From: Camelus dromedarius
Lineage: Eukaryota
Reading direction: 5' to 3'
NCBI RefSeq assembly: GCF_036321535.1
Contig: NC_087436.1
Coordinates: forward strand, 65,660,001 to 65,724,000
DNA length: 64,000 bases
The notes under the pieces are model-generated. The model was not told the DNA's origin. It was given only the letters and a program-made list of their open reading frames with translations, and did no database searches. This document shows, piece after piece, positions 53,485 to 64,000 of the stretch (its first letter is position 1; each line of letters opens with the position of its first letter). The position numbers and the translations under genes are program-made.

Positions 53485-54590
53485 TTAAAAAGAAATAACA
53501 GTAAAAATAAATAGATGAGACCTAATTAAATTTAAAAGTTTTTGTATAGCAAAGGAAACAATCAACAAAAGGCAAAAACAACCTATAAAATGGGAGAAAA
53601 TGTTTGCAAATGATGCCACAGACAAGAGTTTTATATCCAAACTACGCAAACAGCTCATACAATTCAATATCAAAACAAACAAACAAACAACCTAATCAAA
53701 AAATGGGCTGAAGACCTAAATAGACATTTTTCCAAAGAAGGCATACGGATGGCCAATAGACACTGGAAAAAATGGTCAATATCAATAATTATTAGAAAAA
53801 TGTAAATCAAAACAAAAATGAGGTATGATCTCACAGTGGTCAGAATGACTATCATCAAAAAGTCCACAGATAATAAATGTTAGAGACGGTATGTAGAAAA
53901 GGGAACCATTGTGCACTATTGGTAAGAATGTAAATTGGTGAGGCGACTATAGAAAACAGTATGGAGTTTCCTTAAAAAGCTAAAAATAGAGCTGCCATAT
54001 TATCCAGCAATTCCACTCCTGGGCATATATCCAAAAAAATGAAAATTCTAATTTGAAAAGATACATGCACCACAATGTTCATTAGCAGCACTATATACAA
54101 TAGCCAAGACATGGAAACAATGTATGTATCCATTAACAGATGATTGACTTAAGAAGATGTGGTATCAATATACAATGGAATATTACTCAGCCATAAAATT
54201 GAATAAAATATTGCCATTTGCAGCAATGTGGATGGACTTAGAGGATTTTATGCTTAGTGAAATAAGTCAGAGGAAGACAAATACCATATAGCACTTATAT
54301 GTGGAATCTAAAACGTAATAGAAATTAATCTATATACAAAACAGTAACAGACTCACAGACATAGAAAACAAACAGTACCAAAGGGGAAGGGGCAGAGGGA
54401 CAAATTAGGAGTATGGGATTGACAGATACAAATTACTATACATAAAATAGTTAAGCAATGAGGATTTACTGTATAGCACAGGTAATTACACCTAGTATCT
54501 TGTAATAACCTGTAATGGAATATAATCTGCAAAAATGCTGTATACCTGAAGCTAACACAATATTGAAAATTAACTATACTTCAAATAATA
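53485..54590 (+). mobile_element. L1 ORF2 3' end and 3' UTR (older)
   Basis: Decayed ORF2 C-terminus (CCAGCAATTCCACTCCTGGGCATATATCC) and standard 3' UTR. Confidence 0.9.
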
Positions 54591-54599
54591 ATTTTTGTC

Positions 54600-55082
54600 A
54601 CAGAGTTAAGGATTAGGAATTCTAAAAATGCTTTATACACACACAAAGCTTTATTCAATAATTGAATATTTTGGAGATAATGAAACCCAGATTTCTCATT
54701 ATTGGAGAAATAAGTCAAAGAAAGAAAAGGAGGCTAAAATAATCTTGTACTGTTGAATCAGAATCAGAGCTATCATCATGAACTCACCGTGTTTAAGAGT
54801 AAGATAGATAAGTGATAGGTAATAGATAAAAATGTAGATTTGTCTGTAGGCTCACATATACATATATTTTCTAGCTCTGTTCCCTATGATTGCCTAGAAG
54901 CCATGACACCCCAGTAGCCCAATCTACGTTTCTAAAGGCTATTCTCAAAGGAAAAAAAAAAAAGGAATCATGGATGCTTGGAGTTGTAGCAATTTAGCTG
55001 CCCACACTGAGATGGGGGTTGAAGAGAAAATATGAGATAAGCCTAGAGTATCTTACAGTTCCAGAAATAAGATAATTCTAAC

Positions 55083-55161
<79 letters not shown>

Positions 55162-55208
55162 GAAGGAAGGAAGGAAGGAAGGAAGGAAGGAAGGAAGGAA
55201 GGAAGGAA

Positions 55209-55257
<49 letters not shown>

Positions 55258-56070
55258 GAAGGAAGGAAGGAAGGAAGGAAGGAAGGAAGGAAGAGGCTAT
55301 GGAGGAGAAGGCTCAGCTCTTCCTTAGATAAGAATTCCAAAAATTAAATGGAGAAGAGAAGAGGGAAATAAAAATCACCTTTAGTCAAGCATCACAGTAA
55401 TAATAACTGCAGACAAAAGTCTTCCATGGATGCTGAAGTTAGCATGTGCAAGTATGCAATATTGTATATGCATAGATTCAAGGTGTTTATCCTGAGGATA
55501 CTAATTATTATAAAGAGAGAAAGAAGGTAACATGACAGTGGAGAAATCCCATAGACAGTACCGTTACAAAGTCATCACAGTTAACATTATGTCTAATAAA
55601 TAGTAAGACAAGTTGACCTCATGATGTGATGCCCTCACTGAGAGGGCACAGCACTTCTGAGTAGTCTAGTCAAAAACATGTATCTTGATTCTAATCATGA
55701 GAAAGACATCAGGCAACCCTAAATTGAGGGACCATATATGAAATAACTGACCAATGCCCATCAAAAGTGTCAAGATTATGAAAGACAACAAAAGATCGGG
55801 AACTGCCACACATGTAATGGGAAATCTTTGAATCCTGGATCAGGAAAGAAAAAAATAGTCATTATTGTGGGGAAGAAAAAAAACTAATTAAGGCCTACAT
55901 TTTAGGTAATCATATTGGGCCAATGTTAATTTCCAGGTTTTGGTAAGTGTATTATGGTTATGTTAGATGGTAACAATAGAGGAAGCTAGGTAAAGGGTAG
56001 ATTGAAACTCTAATATTTTTGCAGCTTTTTCTAAGCCTAACGTTAGTTCAAAATTAAAACTGAAAAATAT
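54600..56070 (+). mobile_element. Old L1 3' UTR (L1MC/L1MD-like) containing a compound microsatellite
   Basis: CAGTGGAGAAATC...AAACCCTAAATTGAGGGAC...CAATGTTAATTTCC pattern. Confidence 0.65.
55083..55296 (+). repeat. Compound purine microsatellite (GAAA)19(GGAA)13(GAAA)11(GGAA)9
   Basis: Read directly from the sequence. Confidence 0.97.
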
Positions 56071-57679
56071 GATAGCTATGTCTCTACTGATTTTCATTTT
56101 CACTAGGCTAAATATCATGTCTCCACAAAATTCCCGTATTACATGGATTTATTGTCCTTTCTTCTCTTGTCCAATATCATTTTAAAGTCTCCCATTTTGT
56201 TTCTGTTTCTCTCAAACTGTGTTAAGAGTAATATTTAAAAGACCACTTTACAACAGAGAAACATTCAAAAGACCAGCTAAAAGCAAGGTAATATTGTGTT
56301 AAAAACATCTCCCAGGTTCCTATGCTATAGAAATTAAAATGTCATATAAACTAGCTTATAAATCAACTACTATAAACTGAACAATAAAAACTAGGTAACA
56401 AGGTATCCTCATAAGCCACAATCTAGCAGTTGTCACCAAAAGCAACAATGTCTACATAATAATAATAAAAAAATCTGTTTAAAAGGAAGCAAGGGAATAA
56501 TAAAGAAACGTGAAGTGGTCTTGAGAACCACAGAAGACAGCTCTAACAAATCTTCATTACATAAACGAATCTTCACTTGGAATGGAAATTTGCCAAGCTT
56601 ATCTGAGAAACATAGTAAAAGTCAAATGAGGTTTTGAGTTCCAATTTGTGCTGAGAAAAATATGTCTGGGTTCCAGCAAGTTCCTGAGTATTGATATACA
56701 CTGGGCCCTAAACATACTAGCTAGCTGGCCAAAACATCCTGCCAGGACAAAACTCTAAAATGAGTAAACATTTTAGGAATATCAATCCATTTGAGTAGGG
56801 CATGGTCAGTAGGGTAAAGGCAAGAAAAATTTCATATAGGAGGAGGAGAAACGTACAGAGTGGGAAAAAAAAAAAATGAAGGCTTGCTCTAAAGATATGC
56901 CCATAATCAGATGAAGTGTGTAACCCAGTATTTCAAAGCCAACTGAAAATGAAATTTTGAAAAAAAAATGATAGCAATGAAGGAGAAACATAAATCAGAT
57001 TTAGCTTAAATCCAAAAAATGATGATTGAACAAAGAAAAAAATTAAAAATAATATTCTGAACTCAGAAAAATAGAAATAAAAGGAAAAATCACTTCATAC
57101 ATACAGATTATAATTAAAATTGACACCAATGTACAAATATGTAAATGGGCATCACAGAAAGTGTTCTAAAGAAAACATAGATTTAAAGTAGAAAATAAGA
57201 AAGGAAACTCAACAGAAATGAGGGAAGCAAAAATCATGGCATGATGAATTGAGAAGTTCAGCAAATCGCATGCTGAAAAGCAACTACAGAACTGGACAAA
57301 ACTGTGAATAACAGCCATTTTAGGACTCTGGACTTGAACAATGAAATGCAACAAATTTGAAGCTTCTTTTCTTGAAAAAATATTAAACTTTGAGTGAGAA
57401 GACTGCAAGTCTGTGGCAATGTTGAGGTATTCTCATACTCTCTCCTTAGCTTAGTTGTGTGGAAATTCTGTCAGGGTAGATCAGGTCATGATCACTGCAG
57501 GTTTCCCTGCCACAGAAGGCTTTCATCTGGAGCAGAAAGTGAAAAAAAAAAAAAAAAAAAAAGAAAAGAAAAAAATGCTATCCTGGTTGGGAAAGCAATG
57601 GACTGATAAAATAGTTATAGATTTAACATGTGTAATGATACTTGATAAATGTGATCGTGTTACTCTGCATCAAGACAGG

Positions 57680-58330
57680 AAATAAAATAGACTTACCATA
57701 TAATCCAGCGATCCCACTCCTGGGCATATATCTGGAGGGAACTCTAATTCAAAAAGACACATGCACCCCAATATTCATAGCAATAGCCAAGAAACGGAAA
57801 CAACCTAAATGTTCATTGACAGATGACTGGATAAACAAGTTTTGGTGTACTTATACAATGGAACACTAGACTCAGCCATAAAAAAAATAAAATAATGCCA
57901 TTTGCAGAAACATGGATGAACCTGGAGTCTGTCATTCTAAGTGAAGTAATAAGCCCGAAAGAAAAAAGAAAAATATCATATGATAGCACTCATATGTGGA
58001 AGCTAAAAAAAAGACACAAATGAACTTACTTACAAAACAGAAACAGACTCACAGACATAGAAAACAAAATTATGGTTAACAGTGGGGAAAAGGGGTTGAA
58101 AGGGATAAATTGGGGTTTGAGATGTGCAGATACTAACTACTACATATAAAATAGGTATACAACATGTTTCTTCTGTATAGCACATGGAACTATATTTAAT
58201 ATCTTGTAGCAACCTATAATGAAAAAGAATATGAAAATGAATATATGTATGTATATATGTGACTGAAACATAATGCTGTACACCAGAAATTGACACATTG
58301 TAAACTGACTAGACTTTAATTTTTTAAAAA
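57680..58330 (+). mobile_element. L1 3' end (lineage-specific)
   Basis: KIDLPYNPAIPLLGIYLEGTLIQKDTCTPIF, followed by 3' UTR. Confidence 0.9.
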
Positions 58331-58519
58331 GCCACCCAGAAAAATATATATACTGTGCATTACATTTTAAATGTAGACCCAGAAGTCTTAATGACACTCT
58401 CAAAGCTCAATAGTTAAAACCCAGCCACATAGCTATCCCTGACTGTCCTGAATTCTGAAGTGTATAGTACAGCAAGGAGAAAAAGAAAAAAGTAAGGTCA
58501 TCATTTAGCAATTTCTGAC

Positions 58520-58955
58520 ACATTTAGATTATGATAAAATTGAATCCAATTTTGGTATTTGACTGCATACAACTTTCAAGTCCCACCACTGCCACTTCCC
58601 CTCTGTCCTACGTCTGGGCAAACTAATAAGGAAGCCCAGGAGCTCCCTGCTTTTGAATTGGTAGAGAAGTTAAATCGTACAAGCCTTCAGCACTGTAAGA
58701 ACGCTCACCCCCAGCTCTACTTTTTAACCACCATAAAATTCAAGCCAGTTTCCTTTCCCTCTCTTGCAAGCCAACCTTGGAGCAGGTTGAGAGTATGACC
58801 TGTTATCTCCCAAAAGCCTCATTACGTGAGCAATTGACTTTTTCATACCCTCCTGGTGCTTGTATGTCACTATCACTCTCAAAAAAAAAGAAAAAAAGAA
58901 AACCAAATTTGGGCTTAAGGGAGTATATACCACCTCTGAGGGGTTGTCACAAAAA
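58520..58955 (+). mobile_element. Old ERV-L LTR, MER54/MER74-like
   Basis: TCTGGGCAAACTAATAAGGAAGCCCAGG and AACCAAATTTGGG 3'-end pattern. Confidence 0.55.
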
Positions 58956-61894
58956 TGTGAAAGTGTTTCTAACCACCTATAGTAGAGAACATAATGGGAA
59001 GTTGAAAACACCTGAAAAAGAGGTAATGAGGGTGATTTTGAAACTTAGAAAATGGTTCTTTTTCCATTTAATAATGACTATGTGTTTGGAAATATTTTCA
59101 TAGATTCAAATGTACTTTGCCTTGAGGGAAACTTTTATTAACACAGAGTACACTGATTAAAAAAGTTTAATCTCTTTCAGGGCTATCAGACTTGCCTGGC
59201 AAATAGTAGGTTATCTGTAATTAATGTGGATAGAACATCCTCATGACAGCATTTCACATTTTGGTTTTAAGCATATTCCTATTACATTTGGGTTTGAAGG
59301 AATTTAGCCTAAATTCTCAGAATTTGTATGAAATTTGAATGCAAAATTTTAAGAAAGAAGGCAGGAAAGCACTGATACCACCAAAGTGAAACACTAATAA
59401 ACTCTGCAGCTGATTAAATTCTCGGAGGAATCAATTTCATTCTCCTTCAGTTGTTTAAATTTGTTAGCTTATGTAGAAAAACAGCCTATGTTACTATGCA
59501 TATTGGAGTAATTGCTTCTCTTGAATTAAAAGCTTCTTAAACAATTTTCCTAATCTTCTTAAATCACTCTTCAGGAATGTGTGTTGCTTAGTTTTCACAG
59601 CTTCTGAGCACATAATATAATCAATTCAAATAAGCCTCTAAGCCAACAAGACTTTTTTATTAATATGAGATTAAAGTGTGGAAATGATGGATGCTGTGTG
59701 AATTATTGAACCCCATTTATTTTATTAAATCAGTACGTAGACTTTAAGGCATGTAAGAAAGTCTTTTCCTTTCTCTCTTTTTTTTATACCTTGCCATATT
59801 TTTTCTCCATAATTTATTTATTCTCTGAATGTGACTCAATATTTACCTTGTACTTTAAAATATGCACATTATGACCGATTTTTGTCACACTCTTCAAACA
59901 TTGGTTCAAGACACAAATTTCTTTAATCATGTAGTTCTGCCATTGTCAATATAGAGTTTTAAACTGTGTTATGAGGCAGGAAAGAGGAGAGATTGAGGCA
60001 GTAAATGTGTATACATTGAGATACTATATTACACCGAAGCAATGGAATACAAAGAGCTGTTAGGCAGCAAGTTAGGCAGATCTCTGTAGCAAAGTAAATT
60101 TTTCAGATACAGTGTTAAGTGAGAAAGGCAAGGACTCTGAACATTTAGTATGCCAACATGTACAAAAGTGCAACTTTATACCAAAACCATGTATGTATAC
60201 ATACCCTACAACATAAAGGATGTATTATCTGTGTGAACTTTATATAAATTATATCTTTTTTTGTGTATTCTTTTAAAACATTTTTATTTGGTCAAAATTA
60301 TATTGGTGACATTTATCAATGTAGATGTTGGAATGTCAGTGCATTGATTTTTATTGCAGGATAGTATTCCATTTGCACAAGTATATCATGATTTTTTAAT
60401 CCATGCTCTTATCAGTAAAATTTTTTACTTTGTTGTTTCTTGTTTTTTTTGTTCAATGTTGCAGTGAACATTCCTTACATAGTTCCTCATGCATTATTGT
60501 GAGTTTATCATATAGAAATAATATGAAACTGCTGACTATGTGCATCTTAAACTTTGTAAGATATATTCAAATTACTCTCCATCATAGTTACATGAATGTT
60601 CATGTAGAAGAGCTCACATGATTAACATTGTATCTCATTGAAATTTTATTTTTAATTTTTTTAAATGCTGGTCAGAGGGAGTATCATTTCATATGTTTGT
60701 GGTATACTAAGATTTCCTGTTCTGTTAACTAACACATGGTTATACACACATAAAATATTCTTGTAAGAATACACAAAAGATGGACAATTGCAAGCACCAC
60801 TGGACTTGAAAAAAGGAGAGTTGAGAGAGTGGGTAAGAAGAATGCTTATTTTTCACTCATACTATTGTTTCTTTTGATTTTTCCTTGTAACTATATTACC
60901 CATTAAAAATAAATAAAATAGAATTTAAAAAATCAATCTATAAAGCTGCAATCTAATATGTTTTAAATATCCTTGGAGGATAGTAGATGTCAAGATTTAA
61001 CAAAATATTCAGAGCAAAGAAAGAAAAAAGGAAGTAATGCATAGTATCTATATTTAATGAGTTATAAATTCCTATATATTAAGAATGCAGGGAGGTAGTA
61101 ATTTGAACTGTCATAAAAATATCCATATTTTTGCAATAGGTTTACAAAAGACCTCTTATATTTCCTGGAGAATGTACTTTATATATTTGTTGCATTGATG
61201 ATAATGTCTTAAGGAAACAGCCCATTCATTAACTTTGAAATCCTATTTTACAGGTTATAAAGTTTGAGGTCATTCATCTTTCTTAACATAGACTCTCCAC
61301 TTATCATTTTATAGAACATGGTGACATTGGCAATTGAGGAGTTACTACCAGTATTTTTATGTGTATTTTACATTTCATATTCATATCAGGAAAATCTAAT
61401 TGTAGGATTTCATCTCATCTCTTTCTTCCCTCTGTCACCCTATGATTTCCAGCCCTTCCTCAAATTTGCATATATTGACATTTCCAACATTTCAAAAATT
61501 AGACCGTTTTATTTTGTTAAGCTGAAGTATGAAAGCGTCTAGCAATTATGTCTCATTGATATTCAGTCCTAGTAAGTGTACTTCTCAAACAAGGGCTAGA
61601 ATTTATTATTTTCAGAACTGTCTCCTGGTGTGCTTTGTTGTGATACAGCCTTAATTTCCATATCTATATCTAATATCTGTATCTTTTACAAAGTTGTAAA
61701 GTATTATGATACTGTAGGAACCATTTTTATGGCTTCCACACAATAGATGTAGACATTAAATTACCAGATTTTTCTGACTTTTATCTTGAATTCATTTAAG
61801 AAGGCAGGCAAGGATGAGACATTTCTGAAATGCTGTTTAATAATAAACTAGGTGTATTTGTAAGATATTTAATAGTGCTTTATTAATCACTGAT

Positions 61895-63095
61895 TGCTGC
61901 TTTAAAATTATCCAAATTCAGCACTGTCAAACAACAGTTATTATCTCACAGTTCCTGTAGATCAGAACTCTAGGGACAGTCTAATGTCTCATATGGCTGA
62001 AATCAGGTTGTCTGCCAGGCTACCACCTCATCTGGAAGCTTCACTAGGGAAGAATATGTTTCAAGGCTAGTTCAAGGTCTTGGAGAATTTAATTTCCTTG
62101 AAGTTGTATGAGTGAAGTCCCCATTTTCTTGCTGTCAGGGCTGAAGATCTTTCATAGCTCAATGATCCTTCAATCTCTCATATTATTTAACTTGTTTTAA
62201 AAATCATTTTTTTGTATTTCACTTCTTTTGAAAAATGAAACATTTCCACACATACATGTTCCTCAATAACATCCTTCTTATATTTTCTTTATTTAGTAAT
62301 CTAATAATATTGAAAGAACTATTTGGAAAATGTTCTTATATATCTGTTTTCTTATAAAATGTATGGTCCCATAAAATCCCTAACACTTCACTCTTGAATT
62401 ATAGGTACCTACCCATCCAATTACAGATACAGGTGGCCAGATAAACATGAGCCTGTCTCATCAGGAGTCTCTCGGCTTCCCCAAGCATGACAGAAAACAG
62501 AACTGAACACATAACTTTTCCCAGAAGGATGATCCCAAAGACAGAAACTTCCTGATTCTATTTCCCATCACACATGTTTTACAATGTAAACTTACCTCGT
62601 ACGTAAGTTTATCTCACCAAGCGGTGGCCATCTGACACCTCCCCTTGAATATGGACATATTTATGACTACAGCATGGTCAAAATAACACTTTATGGATTT
62701 TGACACTAGGAGGTAAAAGGCTATGCAGCTTCTATGTGCTTATCTTTGAACATTCATTCTGGGAATATCCACATATACTGAGACTGCCATGCTAAAGAGG
62801 CTATGTATTATTGCACCGAGCAACAGCACTAGCTGAATTTCCAGCCAACAGAAAGTATCATCAGCAAGCCATGTAAGCGAGCCATTATGAATACCCAGCT
62901 TACTCAAGTCTTTAGATTATTGTAGGATTATTGTAGCCTCAGCTGACATCTAACTGAAATGATATGAGACTTTCAAGTGAGAGCTATCTAGCAGTGCCCT
63001 GGACAAAGTCCTGAGCCACAGAGTCCAAGAGCATAAGAGGGTGGTCACTGCTTTACACCACTAAATTACGATGGTATGGTACCCAGGCACAGCAA
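61895..63095. mobile_element. Cluster of old MaLR/ERV-L LTR fragments (MLT1-type)
   Basis: TTATTATCTCACAGTTCCTGTAGATCAG...GGCTGAAATCAGGTTGTCTGCCAGG (61930-62170). MLT1G/H-like body at 62600-63095. Confidence 0.65.
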
Positions 63096-64000
63096 TTTGG
63101 GAAAATATTTTAATACTCATAGTATTTATAATGATACTATTCTTAATAAGATACATTAAGTTCTTTAATTCAAGGAAAATCACAAATTTGCACACATGAT
63201 GAAAATATATGTGGGTGTGTGGCAACCCATTTTTATTTTTATGCATCAAAGGTTTCAGTGTAATTCATTTTATAAGACTTATTTTTTTTAAAATTGCTAA
63301 CATTTATCAAAGTACTGAATTACCCCAGTACTTACATAATCACTTTCATTCATTTCCTTACTTGATATTTGCCAGAAACATGAATTGTTATTTCACTGAT
63401 GCAGAAATGAACATTTAAGAGGATAAATATCTTTTCAAAGATAACACACATGGCAAGTGACAGATCTAGCAAGTCTTAAAACTTTTTAGTTTTGAAACTA
63501 CAGTGTATTAAGAAAGTCATCATAATGGCTTAATGTTTCACTGTATATACTATATTAGATGTTTACAAAATTACACAGCTTTCCCCTCCAGTACATTCTT
63601 TCATTTACTGCTCCTACTTTTGATTAGAGTATATATTTTATCTTTTCTGCAAAGAGTATGCTGACTTTATGTGCTTGTCTATTGTATACAAATGAATGGC
63701 TTTTGAAATTTGTGCTGAACAAGTGGCATTAGCCAATCAGCTATGGTTTGGGATATTAAAGAGGCCCAGTTGTCATACGTAGGAGAACTATGAAAATGTT
63801 GCCTGTGGTAAGATTAATTATTTATTGTTGCTGCATATTTAGAAACCAGGGTCTTCAAATAATTTGTGTTTTGTGACCCTTGACAAATGAGGCAATATAG
63901 TGTGGCTCACATACTCAATGATATATTTAAGTCATTTGCAAAATGAAATTTATATCTTATTTTGAATACAATTTTCTTAGTATACATAGCTTTGAAAAAA

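Noticed and set aside
55053..55340. 95-aa SFL/PSF-repeat ORF
   Set aside because: It is the translation of the GAAA/GGAA microsatellite.
1..64000. Prokaryotic systems (CRISPR arrays, operons, defence islands)
   Set aside because: The sequence is mammalian (L1, MIR, ERVs), with no repeat-spacer array or dense gene layout.

Overview
AT-rich, L1-rich and SINE-poor mammalian genomic DNA, most likely camelid: it has one tRNA-Ala-derived vic-1-type SINE and young L1 3' ends of a cetartiodactyl/camelid type. No intact host protein-coding gene is recognisable, and nearly all ORF-track entries come from repeats or are spurious. Main structures: (1) A complete-ended but internally deleted class III endogenous retrovirus of the ERV-S type at 41291-45673 (minus). 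It has two LTRs, a 5-bp TSD CAGGC, a tRNA-Ser PBS, ERV-L-like gag/pro/RT and a gamma-type env TM (ISD plus CX6CC), and it sits in the 5' UTR of an old L1. (2) Two ~97.5% identical 657-bp ERV1-type solo LTRs at 19360-20016 and 23288-23944, each with its own 4-bp TSD. (3) A small CpG-island-like promoter at ~18.5-18.9 kb (NRF1-, ZNF143-, YY1/ETS- and BANP-like motifs), surrounded by four ERV1-type LTRs. (4) A ~1.6-kb non-TE insertion with TPRT-like hallmarks that splits an MLT2 LTR (13220-14813) and looks like a retrocopy of an unspliced transcript 5' end. (5) Possible decayed minus-strand exons in the left 12 kb. Repeat family names are from visual recognition, and boundaries of old repeats are approximate.
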